64,000 nt of DNA from Candidatus Thorarchaeota archaeon (lineage in GTDB: Archaea > Asgardarchaeota > Thorarchaeia > Thorarchaeales > Thorarchaeaceae), in contig CAVSBO010000005.1 of assembly GCA_963726195.1 (NCBI GenBank), positions 64,001-128,000 on the forward strand, written 5' to 3'. Both the position numbers and the translations under genes were made by a program. Of this stretch, positions 1 through 10,640 are shown piece by piece. Within the stretch, counting starts at the first letter, position 1. Every line of letters starts with the position of its first letter. Under the pieces are notes generated by a model, which was not told the origin of the DNA, did not search any database, and saw only the letters and a program-made list of their open reading frames with translations.

Positions 1-3000
1 ACAGCGAATGGGCACTCCTTCACCATCTGGGGCTTGAATGACCTCTGCGGCACTATCCTCTGTCGAGCAGCCATGTCGCCAGCAAGAGCACAGTCACTGG
101 CGTTAGACTCGCTCAGGTGTGCGGTTGTTATTGATGAATGCTGTTTGACGAAGGAGAAGATTGTGACTGAGCTGATATACAGCGTCCAGTTATGGACCGC
201 ATTCTGAAGCTCGAAACTTATGCTCTCTAGTGGTCCCTCACTGAAGCCTGGCGTGTCACTCAGCTTCCAGACACGTCTGGTCCAAGACACAACCGGCACG
301 ACGTAGTCAGTATAGAAAGCGTAGTCCCCCTGTCTTTCGTCCTCTCTGTACCCAAAAGCCCTGCCTTCAAGGTCAGTTGTGTTGGCGCTCCATCTGACAC
401 CAAGGTATAGGCCCTGTTGGCTAGAAAAGGTTGGTACATCCGTATATAGATGAAACCATACAGCGGGATTCGCTGCGTTCTTCCACTGCCCAACCCCGCC
501 ATCACTCGTCAGTGGGTTGCCAGAGCTGACGCTCCACCCCATAGTGTTGTTGAACTCATCATGGTAGTGCACCACAATCTCTTCCACCGGAGTGTAGTTC
601 AGCGGTTTCGTACCATAGATTCTCAGAGAATCCACGAAGAGTGTCCAGTTGTTGCTCAGGTTTTGGAAACTCAACCCAATGCACTCCAGCGGACCTTCAC
701 TGTAGCCGGGCGTATGGGCAAGTTTCCAGACCTTGGTAAGCCAATCCACTTCAGGGTACAAGAAATCAGTATAGAATGCATAGCCCCCTGCTCTCTCGTT
801 GTCCTTGTACCCAAAGACTCTGCCCTCAAGGTTTGTTGTGTTCGCCCTCAGTCTGACTTCCAAGTAAAGGTCTTCCTGGCCTGAAAACGATACTCGGTCC
901 GTGAAGAGCTCAAACCATGCGCTTGGATTCTTATGGTTCTCGTAGAATGCTACTTGTCCGTCGGACTCCGGCTCATTCCCATCATTGACGTACCATGAAG
1001 TGACATTGTTGAACTCATCATGGTAGTACAGATGCACTTCGTTCTTGACGAGTATCATGACATTGCCAAACTGCTGCACAAGCGTATATCTGGGCTCGAA
1101 GAACTTCGACCAAGCTGGGTCGCTCATGGGAAGCCTTGAGATAAAGTCGGCAAACTCAATCGGATTGTTGTTACGCTGTCGCCAAATCCATTCACTGGTC
1201 CTCGGTGATATGACTATGTAGGTCACACCACCCATGTAGGAAGAAATATCGTTATCGCTGGATGTGTCATCCCAAGAGCTCGCATTCAGAAACGCGTAGA
1301 TTCGTTGCCACAGATAGTTTGGCTTTTGGATCATGTAGAAACCATCGTTTGTAATCATGGAACACGAACAGTTCCTGAGAACGAACCCATTCATTATGAA
1401 ACCAGTCGTGGGGTCAGTCAGAATGTAGCCTCCTTGGGGCATCCTCTCTCGAAGCCACTCGAAAGCCTCAAGCTCCTCAAGCCGCGGGCTGTGAGGCTCC
1501 CATCTCATTCCCTCGTTCATCACTTCTGCTGTCGGGTATGCAGACGCGATTAGAATCGCTGCAACTGCAAACACTAAAGCACCTCTTGAGATTCGACTTC
1601 TGAGGGGCCTCAATCGCTTAGAACGATTCAGGATGTGTTTTCCGGCTCTTACAACTGAGAATGCTCCCACTACCATGCAGAGGAATAAGAACGGCCGATT
1701 GTACATGTCGAGTCGGAACGCAGCACCTACGGGCAAGAAAAAGCCCACCAAGTAAAGGCTAGTGAGGAGCAACAGACCCCTCCGATCAAATGTTGCATCG
1801 TCATTGTCTGCTGCGAAGCCCAGCACATAGATTGCTAGCGAACCAAGGCCACAGATGAGGAGGATTATCTGTAGGGGATTGTAGGCAAGCAGAAGAAGCT
1901 CAACTTGTTGTGATAAGGTTGGTCCGAGCGTAAAAACAATCGACCCGATTGTGAGAGTCCATTGCGCTGTTCCGAAGAACGGAATGGTCAGATAGTAGAT
2001 TAGGATGGAAACGGCTCCGACAAGAGTAACTACTGCAATCACAATGGGGACTGCCCGTCTCACTCGATCGGAGTCCGATTTCCGGCTCCAGAAGTAAGCA
2101 ACAGCGGGCGGTGTCCCCATGATCATGTAAGGGTATGCAACGACCGCACTGCAATATGAAAGAAGCGCTACAAACTGTATCATTCTTGTACGCGGGACAG
2201 TGTCAAGTGCAAGTATGACTAGGATAGTGACTGTGTATGCGTAGGTGGACGGTAACATGTACTGAGGTCCCAGCAACGCGCCGGATGCGGCAACGAAAGG
2301 AAACAGGACTGCGGCCATTGCGGACTTCAACCTGCTTCCCGAGACCGCGTCGCAGAGAAAGTAGGTCAGCGTCAACGAAATAGGATACGTGACAATGGTG
2401 CCATAAGCGAGGATTGGATACGGGTCCAACCCCGCGATGATTGCTATGGACGAGAGGATGGCATGGAAACCTAGAGAGTACCCCGGGAACATGACGCTGT
2501 ATCCCCCGTATTCGAAAATGGACTCTGCCATCGTAAGATGAATGAAGACATCGGATCCGTAGGATTCCGGCCATGTTATCCAAGAGAGGCGCCACAACAC
2601 GACTGCTAGGCCCACGACTAGGCAGATCACTGCTGGAATGAATGGCAGAATTCGTGTTTCTCTGCTGACCCCATTGAGTGAGGGATTCGGCGAGTCTGGT
2701 GATGATGCCCGAACAAATGCTACCAAGTCGGATATCACAACCACGATAACAACAATGGTTCCAACATGTCCTAGAGCCCAGAGATAACTCAGGGTTATCG
2801 CCAAGCTTGAGGTGAAAACTACGCTGATGAGTGAGTCGAGGACAGCTTGTCCTAACCTAGGGTAGATGTCGAGTCTCGAGCTGACAAGCCCAAGGGGTCC
2901 TAATCTCAGTGAATTGCCTACGACAAAGAATACGAGGATGAAGGCCAAGACTGCTGTTATGGGTTTCATGCCGGACAGTCCTGAGAGTCCGATCCCGAGT

Positions 3001-3068
3001 ATTATCGCATAGTGGAATGCTATTGACTTCCCCTTTGACACGGCATACGCAAGATGAACCTGCCTCAA
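1..3068 (-). CDS. Large multi-TM GT-C-like membrane protein with two tandem C-terminal ~150-aa beta-rich domains; 3' end runs off the window
   Basis: Manual translation: open frame from TTG 3068 (GAGAGG upstream) to the window edge, so it is absent from the ORF track. Many TM segments, a GSDVFIHLTMAESIFEYGG...YSLGFH loop, 'AFEWLRERMPQGGYILTDP', then the YHDEFNN repeats. Confidence 0.75.
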   Translation of the reverse strand, partial: MRQVHLAYAVSKGKSIAFHYAIILGIGLSGLSGMKPITAVLAFILVFFVVGNSLRLGPLGLVSSRLDIYPRLGQAVLDSLISVVFTSSLAITLSYLWALGHVGTIVVIVVVISDLVAFVRASSPDSPNPSLNGVSRETRILPFIPAVICLVVGLAVVLWRLSWITWPESYGSDVFIHLTMAESIFEYGGYSVMFPGYSLGFHAILSSIAIIAGLDPYPILAYGTIVTYPISLTLTYFLCDAVSGSRLKSAMAAVLFPFVAASGALLGPQYMLPSTYAYTVTILVILALDTVPRTRMIQFVALLSYCSAVVAYPYMIMGTPPAVAYFWSRKSDSDRVRRAVPIVIAVVTLVGAVSILIYYLTIPFFGTAQWTLTIGSIVFTLGPTLSQQVELLLLAYNPLQIILLICGLGSLAIYVLGFAADNDDATFDRRGLLLLTSLYLVGFFLPVGAAFRLDMYNRPFLFLCMVVGAFSVVRAGKHILNRSKRLRPLRSRISRGALVFAVAAILIASAYPTAEVMNEGMRWEPHSPRLEELEAFEWLRERMPQGGYILTDPTTGFIMNGFVLRNCSCSMITNDGFYMIQKPNYLWQRIYAFLNASSWDDTSSDNDISSYMGGVTYIVISPRTSEWIWRQRNNNPIEFADFISRLPMSDPAWSKFFEPRYTLVQQFGNVMILVKNEVHLYYHDEFNNVTSWYVNDGNEPESDGQVAFYENHKNPSAWFELFTDRVSFSGQEDLYLEVRLRANTTNLEGRVFGYKDNERAGGYAFYTDFLYPEVDWLTKVWKLAHTPGYSEGPLECIGLSFQNLSNNWTLFVDSLRIYGTKPLNYTPVEEIVVHYHDEFNNTMGWSVSSGNPLTSDGGVGQWKNAANPAVWFHLYTDVPTFSSQQGLYLGVRWSANTTDLEGRAFGYREDERQGDYAFYTDYVVPVVSWTRRVWKLSDTPGFSEGPLESISFELQNAVHNWTLYISSVTIFSFVKQHSSITTAHLSESNASDCALAGDMAARQRIVPQRSFKPQMVKECPFA

Positions 3069-3329
3069 GACAATCCTCTCTGGTCAGAGAACGAGAGCAC
3101 TCAAATCCCATGCATCTTAAGAGGATAGTGCAATGACCTACTGCCCGAGGTCTCCGTACGAGCTTTACTTGATAGCCACTCGGGCTGGTGTTTCGCTCCG
3201 AATCCAGAAACTGCGAACAGGAACACTGGCCTACTTCCCTTCATCTGTTCTACCTTATGATGCTGCGAGTCGACTTCAATTCATGCCTGAGTTATCTTCT
3301 CAACTGGACGGAGCAAGGTTCCATCGATG

Positions 3330-4292
3330 TCAATGTGATGAGGATTGACCCGCACTGCGGACCCAGTCGACTGTTCTCTTGAGGCCATTCTCGATGTCTG
3401 TCTTGGGGGAGTAGCCCAAATCCTTCCTCGCTTTCTCTATTCCTGCAAGGCTATCTCGAACATCTCCGACGCGAGAGGGGTGAGATTCTATTGCTGAAGA
3501 GGATCCACAGAATCGTAGGATTTTGTCTGCAAATCCCTTATGGATATCCGACCACCACCCCCGACATTGTAGACTTGGCCCCTTGACACCGGTTTGGTTG
3601 CCGCGAGCACGTTGCAGGTCACGACATCATCAACGAACACGAAGTCTCTTGTCTGCTTGCCATCACCTTCAACTGGTATTGAAGCGTTTTGAAGAGCTTT
3701 GGAGATGAAAATCCAGGTCACACCTGCATCAGCTCCCGCTTCTTAGCCTCGGGCCGTAGACATTGAAGTATCTAAGTGCAGTAGTGTTCAGTCCATATGT
3801 GGAGCAGAAGCTCATGGTAAGATTCTCTGCAGCCAGTTTGGAAACCGCATAGGGCGAGATGGGACCCGGAGACATAGTCTCGACTGTGGGCAGTGTCAGT
3901 GTGTCACCGTAGACTGCGCATGACGAAGCGACCACTACCTTTTCGATGTCCGCCTTGCGGCACTCGTCCAAGATTATGGCCGTGCCCATCACATTCGTGT
4001 CCATGACAAGGAGAGGATCTTCCACAGAGAGTGGCACACTCACTTTGGCTGCCTCATGGAAAACGAGAGAAACTTCCTTGAGGGACTGTCTCACAGCATC
4101 TCCATCCCTAATATCCGCGACCAAAAGCTCGAACCTATTATTACCTATCCACTGTTCACAATTCCTCAAGTCGCCGGTGCTCTTGTCGTCCAGAACTCTG
4201 ACTCTCGCCCCGACGTTCATTAGTGGATCAACTATGTGAGAACCGATGAAGCCCAAGCCACCGGTCACCAAGACTTGCGTATCTTTGAGCAA
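3330..4292 (-). pseudogene. NAD-dependent epimerase/dehydratase (GalE-like), broken by several frameshifts
   Basis: TGGLGFIGSH, YAVSK and RYFNVYGPR in 3729-4292; GDGKQTRDFVFVDD in 3488-3721; RVGDVRDSLA...LGYSPK...GLKRTVDW in a third frame ending at TGA 3330-3332. Confidence 0.8.
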
Positions 4293-4499
4293 GTTGATAA
4301 CGCCGTGTTCCCAGTTCGCTAACTTACGAAAATGTCACAATTGATATATGTTTGGCTGCCTGCGTACTCCTCTTGCCTGTAGCGCCGCAAGAGTCCCCTC
4401 TAGGGCTTTTCACAGTCGCCCTTGAGTCACCAATGTTCATGGACTGAGTTCTGTTCCCGCTGTTTTGCATCCAACATCCCGCGGATCACCTCCCGAATC

Positions 4500-5165
4500 A
4501 GACTAATCTTCTTTTCTCTGACCCGCAGTTCTCTTAGCAATCGGCACGGGAATACCCACTATGGCCATGACTGGCATGTGAAGAAGCCCGGCTCCTCGAT
4601 AAGACTCGCGGAGCTGTTCCAGAAACCGGGGCTCACACTCCTGTTGAGCAGCAACATCAGAATGTAGGCTGCATTTGCCGGCGCGATGACCAGAGTTCCT
4701 GCTATGGCCTAATGCATTTGGGGCATCAGTCCGACAATCTGTGGCGTGACAATATATGCGACTACTACAGCCAATGTGATACCTAGTAGCTCCTTGGGCA
4801 GTCAGATTCCCAATGATCTCTTTACCCAGACTTGGCCGGCTAGTAGGCCGACGAAGCCTCCCAAGAGAAGTGAGAAAACAAACGCGAGGATCCCAATGCG
4901 CGGCGCCAAAGGCATTCCGACAGATAATACAACAGCCATGTCAGTCCCCAGATCGCTGTTTCCCTTCAAGGGTGCCCTTGCCCTTTCAGCAGGCCCCAGT
5001 CACAATGCTGCCGATTGCTGTGCCAACGAATGAAATGAGGTTGAGGGTCAGGTACTCCACTGGAAGTTCGTGGCCCTTACCGAATAGGAGCTGCACTGCA
5101 AAGAGCGGGACCGGCATCACATTGGCTCAAAGGCCTGCAGTATTGAGGATATTCAGGATGGTCAT
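4500..5165 (-). pseudogene. Degraded oligosaccharide flippase-like (Wzx/MOP) C-terminal remnant
   Basis: Hydrophobic frame with several stops: LLFGKGHELPVEYLTLNLISFVGTAIGSIVTGAC*KGKGT...GILAFVFSLLLGGFVGLLAG; lies in a glycan locus. Confidence 0.4.
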
Positions 5166-5207
5166 AGCGAGTGTCTTGCGAACGTCTCTGGCTTAGGCTA
5201 CACCTCG

Positions 5208-6959
5208 TTACAAACGGTTGTACAACACGACAGACATTCCCGCATTATTGTAGACCTCTAAATTTCCGGCCGCTATGAGATACTGATATAGAGGCTCATT
5301 GGCCGTGACCACAACGAAGATTCTCGCGCCGTGGCTATCAATATACTTCATCGCAGCAGACCATGAGCCACTCCTCAGAGTATCGTTGGCAAAGGACGGC
5401 AGCGGGTAGAGAACTGCTTGTGCAATGTTTGTTGACCCAAGGTTGACCCAAGAATCATATACATAGACTGAGTCTGCCCTTATGTTCGAACCCGCAATCC
5501 ATTCTAGTGTGTCTAGGCCTGTAGTGCTAATGTAGCGATGGCCGGAGTAGTCGTAGCTACAGCCGTAGAAGAGCTGAGCGGAGATTATCAGCAGGAATAC
5601 CATTGCCTTCTTGGCGCTGCCACTTCTAAGAAGGGGTGTCTCTACCGAAGAGCTGGTCACGGTGTCTTCTAGGCCAACGTAGACGTGGCCAATGATGATC
5701 ATGGCTGGAAAGACGATGAATGTTGCAGCCCGCGGAGCGCCGACACGAAAGAAGAGGATAGGGATGAACGCAGACAGAGCCCAGAGGACACATACCCCCC
5801 AGCCTATGTATGCCCACTTGCTTTTCCGAGGACCCAGCAAATATCTTGAAACACCTACCAATGAGACACCAAAGAGGACAGGCCCGAGTGAGTAGGTGAC
5901 AAGACTATTGAGCGAGTCACGGACTATCGCAAGTGCCGTTCCTCCTTGATCCGATAACATGCTTTCTCCGTAGAAACCATACCTTGCAATGAGATCGGTG
6001 TTCATGAGCAGAGCTACCAGCAGAGGAGAGAGAAGAAGGACTACAGTGACGCAGTAGCGTGCGACACCCCTTGCATCGGCCACGATTGTACTCCTATGAG
6101 GTCTCCTAATCTCTGACAGCATCCAGATTCCAAATGCGACTAGTGCTGTTGTCGGGTGGACTGCGACAAGACCGGCGAGCAAGAGGGCAGTCAAGGGAAC
6201 CGACCGTTGCTCGTAGATGTAGACGTAGGACAGAAAGACTACAAAGAGGAGGAGTGCCTCTGTTTCTGGAGTCGCAAGTCTGCCTCTGAACTGCAACAGG
6301 TTCCCAACTGCGAAGCCTAAGCTTGCGATGGATGCAACCCGCCATTGACCACCAAAACACTTCAGTGTGGCTCTGTAGACAGCGAATGTTGTCACCGCAG
6401 ACAATGCTGGGCCTATGAACCTGATTACCCCGTACACCACTTGATACGTTGGAGTGTCTGCGCTGATTAGGGAGGTCAGCAAGACAAAGCCAAGGGGATA
6501 TGCGCCAGCTAGAGAGTAATCGATGCCGCCTGTAGCAAGCAACACTCTTGTGTGGTACAGCCAGAACCAAGGATCCACTTCCGGGAGAGGTTCCTCAATG
6601 AGCACGGCATTCAATCTTAAGAGAAGTGAGAAGAGTGATATGACTAGGGGTAACAGCAGGCCATAGACTGATTCTCTGCCGATAGCGGGTCGGATTCTCT
6701 CTATCCCTCCTTTGGGACTCCAAATCTGGAGTGCAACCACGAAAGCCAGAGTGAGAGCCAAGGCAATGCATATCGCGGCAGCACTGAAGCCGACGGAGAG
6801 GATTACCAAATAGCCAATGATGGGCAGGATGGAGAAGCCGCAGGCTAGGCCTACTATTATGACAGCAGTCAGCGAGGGTGGTTCACCAGTCCAAAGTCTT
6901 ACTGCCAGTAATGTGCCAATTGCCACTGTCGCGCACACTGCAAGAAAGGAGGCAATCAA
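5208..6959 (-). CDS. Multi-TM GT-C-like membrane protein (putative glycosyltransferase)
   Basis: 583 aa, many TM segments, first-loop motif EVDPWFWLYHTR...GG...YPLGF, C-terminal soluble domain beginning 'LDTLEWI'. Confidence 0.65.
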   Translation of the reverse strand: MIASFLAVCATVAIGTLLAVRLWTGEPPSLTAVIIVGLACGFSILPIIGYLVILSVGFSAAAICIALALTLAFVVALQIWSPKGGIERIRPAIGRESVYGLLLPLVISLFSLLLRLNAVLIEEPLPEVDPWFWLYHTRVLLATGGIDYSLAGAYPLGFVLLTSLISADTPTYQVVYGVIRFIGPALSAVTTFAVYRATLKCFGGQWRVASIASLGFAVGNLLQFRGRLATPETEALLLFVVFLSYVYIYEQRSVPLTALLLAGLVAVHPTTALVAFGIWMLSEIRRPHRSTIVADARGVARYCVTVVLLLSPLLVALLMNTDLIARYGFYGESMLSDQGGTALAIVRDSLNSLVTYSLGPVLFGVSLVGVSRYLLGPRKSKWAYIGWGVCVLWALSAFIPILFFRVGAPRAATFIVFPAMIIIGHVYVGLEDTVTSSSVETPLLRSGSAKKAMVFLLIISAQLFYGCSYDYSGHRYISTTGLDTLEWIAGSNIRADSVYVYDSWVNLGSTNIAQAVLYPLPSFANDTLRSGSWSAAMKYIDSHGARIFVVVTANEPLYQYLIAAGNLEVYNNAGMSVVLYNRL

Positions 6960-7694
6960 TGGACTTCGAACACCAGCACGCTCGTAGAGCTAGCAAACTT
7001 CGGCTTTTATCTCTTAGCCACGAATGTGCAATCTGCTTTGTAGGCCGTCTGTCAAACAGCATATGCTGGCTGGGCTCTCATCCCGACACTCTGTAAGTGA
7101 AGGACGCGTAACGAAAGCGTGCGATACGATTCGTGAAGGTTTGTTCCGGATGAGCCAAACGTTATACTCATACATGGAGGAGGTAACTCATCTATGACGA
7201 CCTGCTTGGGGATTTGGGGCTTAGTTGGGACTTGGTGCATTGCCACAGTACTCCAACTCAGAGACACACCTTCTCCATCGGGTTCGCGGACGAATTGAAT
7301 GCACCTGAGAATTTCTGTCTGGAAGTGGGCCCGCTTCTCCAATTGCAGAACCATTGGCGTGAAGCATGTGCATAAGAAACTCTTGTTGGTGTTCACAGAA
7401 ACTGAGAACCCCTTTTGCCTTCCACGCTTGCGGTAGGTCGTTAGGGACCCGCCCTTCATAGCTATGTAGGAAGCGAGGTTCACTTCAGCTCTCCTATTCT
7501 CCAGCGGCACAGGTCGTCTGCAGTCCTTACAGCGATGTTATCCCATAATACTGTAGACTTGGCATGTGAGAATAGGCAACGCTTCAATCACTCTGGTTCA
7601 GAACGGCTTCCGGCTGTCTGCCTCGAGGTTCACGGTAGGCCTTATCTTTACGGGGTTCTGACCCGTTGGCGGCAATGGGTGCGCATGCCGAGTA

Positions 7695-9143
7695 TCAGGG
7701 TTGCGACTTGATGCTGTCCTCAATCAAGTCTCTAACGTGAAACACACCTACGAGGTTCGTCCGTCCCGGAATGTGTCGTATGCCAGATGTGAACACGACG
7801 TCCTTGTCACTGCCAATCAATCCCATGCCGTGAACGGTGCGGACTGCTTCACGAATGATGTCGTCTACATTGTCAATATCCTGATAGTACTGGACCGGGT
7901 GCACTCCCCACAACAATCTGAGTTTCCTCACTACGGCTGGATCGTAGGTCACTGCGAATATGTCAGCCGGAGGTCGGAACTTCGATATCCATCTGGCGGT
8001 AAAACCGGTTCGAGTGGCTGTGATAATGCCATCAATGTTTTGAGGAATAAGCGTGACTGCATTGTACACTAGGTTCCCAATGATTTCAACAATCGCCTTT
8101 CGTGGCGAGGTCATGTCGGCAGGATTCACCTGTGTGATTCTCTTCTCTGCCTTGGTCACAATCCTGTTCATCATATCGACGACACCAACGGGATCTACTC
8201 CCATTGCGGTCTCCCCGCTGGTCATCACTGCGTCAGCCCGGTCGAAGATGGCATGTGCCACGTCGCTGACTTCTGCCCTGGTAGGCAACGTTTCGTGAGT
8301 CATTGATTCGAGCATGTGCGTGGCCACAATGACTGGCTTGGCCCACATGTTTGCTTTCCTAATGAGATCACGTTGAAGGACTGGGACATCCTCCATGGGC
8401 ACCTCTATGCCTAAGTCGCCGCGTGCGACCATTACTCCATCAGACTCGTTCAGAATCTCTTCATATTTCTCAATTGCCAGTCTGTGTTCGATTTTGCTGA
8501 TCACCCAGGCGCTAGAAGGCCCATTAGAGATGATTATCTCCTTGACATGTTTCACCTCACCGGAGTCAGTCACGAACGATAGTGCAATGAAGTCTGGCTC
8601 CAATTCAGCTGCAAGGTCAAGATCCTCGAGATCCTTTTCCGTCGGGATTGAACACGAGAGCTTGATACCGGGAATATTCACGCCCTTCTTGCTTGAGATG
8701 GTTCCCCCGTGTACAACCTCGGTGGTGACTTCGGGAGCGCGGACCTTCTTCACGACAAGCCTGATTATACCGTCGTTTATCGCGATAGTGTCTCCCGGCT
8801 TCACATCTTGAGGAAGCTCCTTGTGTGAAATCGAAACACGTGTCTGGTCACCGACGAAGTCCTCCGTTGAAATGATGAACTTCTGGCCGGCTTGGAGCTC
8901 AGCAGGAGCTTTCATGTCTCCAATCCGAATCTTCGGTCCCTGCAGGTCGAACATGATAGCCAGAGTGTCGTCTATGGACCGGATTGTCTCAAACGCTTCC
9001 TTTGCAGAGCTGTGATCATCATGAGAGAGGTTCAACCTTGCAACATCCATGCCGGCCTCAATCATTCCGGTCAGCACTTCTTTTGACCTCGAGGCTGGTC
9101 CAATCGTGCATACTATCTTTGAACGCGTCTTGTCAGGTTGCAT
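7695..9143 (-). CDS. pyk: Pyruvate kinase
   Basis: KIVCTIGPAS, ARLNLSH, DLQGPKIR, KIE, MVARGDLGIE, PTRAEVSDV, SGETA. Confidence 0.97.
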   Translation of the reverse strand: MQPDKTRSKIVCTIGPASRSKEVLTGMIEAGMDVARLNLSHDDHSSAKEAFETIRSIDDTLAIMFDLQGPKIRIGDMKAPAELQAGQKFIISTEDFVGDQTRVSISHKELPQDVKPGDTIAINDGIIRLVVKKVRAPEVTTEVVHGGTISSKKGVNIPGIKLSCSIPTEKDLEDLDLAAELEPDFIALSFVTDSGEVKHVKEIIISNGPSSAWVISKIEHRLAIEKYEEILNESDGVMVARGDLGIEVPMEDVPVLQRDLIRKANMWAKPVIVATHMLESMTHETLPTRAEVSDVAHAIFDRADAVMTSGETAMGVDPVGVVDMMNRIVTKAEKRITQVNPADMTSPRKAIVEIIGNLVYNAVTLIPQNIDGIITATRTGFTARWISKFRPPADIFAVTYDPAVVRKLRLLWGVHPVQYYQDIDNVDDIIREAVRTVHGMGLIGSDKDVVFTSGIRHIPGRTNLVGVFHVRDLIEDSIKSQP

Positions 9144-9338
9144 AGGTCGAATCACTCCATCCGGTCATCCGGGTTGCTGCGATTGCGAAATTTCCATAAT
9201 AGGGCTTGCTTTTGGCTTCATGTTCAGGTCTAAGGCCATAGGTACTCACTTGTTCGCATGGATGAGGATAAATCCCGGCAGTTGTTGCTCTGCTACAACG
9301 CAACCAGTAGTCAGACCGTCCAAGTCTTGGTGACCGTT

Positions 9339-10637
9339 ATGGTGCAATTCAAGTCAGTGAAATCAATAGAGATTCTCGATTCTCGCGGCAATCCAACTCT
9401 GATGACGAAGGTACTGCTGTCTGATGGGACAGCGGGGATTGCCAAGATTCCCAGCGGTGCCTCTACGGGCACCCGCGAAGCCTTAGAGCTTAGGGACGGA
9501 GACAAGAGATACGGTGGAAAGGGAGTACAGAAGGCTGCGAACAATGTGAACGCGGTCATAGCGAAGGCTATCACTTCGGTGGACCCTCTTTCTCAGCGCA
9601 ATCTTGATGCTGCTTTGCTAAAGCTGGATCCGAGCAAGGGAAAGAGCAAGCTCGGCGCCAACGCAATACTTTCGGTGTCGATGGCAACTGCAGTTGCTGC
9701 AGCAAATCATCTCAAGATGGGGCTCTTTGAATATCTCAGAACGAAAGTGATTGGAAAGGCCCCCACTTATCAGATGCCCGTGCCACTGTCCAACGTCATC
9801 AATGGCGGTGCGCATGCGGGCAACGACCTAGCCATACAGGAGTTCATGATTCTGGCGCTTGGGGCTGCAGATATCCGTGAAGCCATTCGATACACGAGCG
9901 AGGTGTATCAAGCATTAGGAAAGCAGATGATAACGAAGTACGGACGCATGGCAAGGCACGTAGGCGACGAAGGCGGTTACTGCGGGTACGGACTAAAGAC
10001 CACAAGAGATGCATTTGACGAGATTGTCCAAGCCATTTCGGCCGCGGGCTATCAGCCTGGGAAGGATGTTGTGCTGGCCATCGATTCTGCTGCAAGCGGA
10101 TTCTACAAGGACGGGAAGTACACTGTCGACGGTAAAGCCATGGACCCCTCCAGTCTGGTAGACTATTACTTGGACTTAGAGAAGACATATCCACTGAGAA
10201 GCTTCGAAGATCCCTTCCATGAGGAAGCCTTCGACACGTTCGCGGAACTCACTCGAAAGACTCATTCTCAAGTGGTAACTGACGATCTCACCGTATCCAA
10301 CCCTGCTACAGTTCAGAAGGCCATAGAAGCGAAAGCGGGCAATGCTTTGCTCCTGAAGCTGAACCAGATTGGCACTGTGACTGAGGCAATCGATGCAGCA
10401 AACATTGCGAACAAGGCCGGATGGCCAGTCGTTGTCAGTCACAGGAGTGGTGAGACTGGCGATACTTTCATTGCTGACTTGGTGGTTGCTTTGTCGACTG
10501 GTCAGATAAAGAGTGGAGCGCCTGCCCGTAGCGACAGAGTTGAGAAGTACAACAGGCTCCTTGAGATTTATGACCTGCTTGATGGCAAGTGCGGCTATCC
10601 GGGACCTGACTTTATGAAAGCTTGGAGGAAGTACTAA
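9339..10637 (+). CDS. eno: Enolase
   Basis: ILDSRGNPT, PSGASTG, GDEGG, LLKLNQIGT, VSHRSGET, GQIKSGAPARSDR. Confidence 0.98.
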   Translation: MVQFKSVKSIEILDSRGNPTLMTKVLLSDGTAGIAKIPSGASTGTREALELRDGDKRYGGKGVQKAANNVNAVIAKAITSVDPLSQRNLDAALLKLDPSKGKSKLGANAILSVSMATAVAAANHLKMGLFEYLRTKVIGKAPTYQMPVPLSNVINGGAHAGNDLAIQEFMILALGAADIREAIRYTSEVYQALGKQMITKYGRMARHVGDEGGYCGYGLKTTRDAFDEIVQAISAAGYQPGKDVVLAIDSAASGFYKDGKYTVDGKAMDPSSLVDYYLDLEKTYPLRSFEDPFHEEAFDTFAELTRKTHSQVVTDDLTVSNPATVQKAIEAKAGNALLLKLNQIGTVTEAIDAANIANKAGWPVVVSHRSGETGDTFIADLVVALSTGQIKSGAPARSDRVEKYNRLLEIYDLLDGKCGYPGPDFMKAWRKY

Positions 10638-10640
10638 GCC

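Noticed and set aside
260-3111. Short tracked ORFs in 260-3111
   Set aside because: They are shadow frames of the single long minus-strand CDS that runs off the window.
7052-7510. 152-aa minus-strand ORF as a real gene
   Set aside because: No recognisable motifs; the region looks like decayed plus-strand coding sequence.
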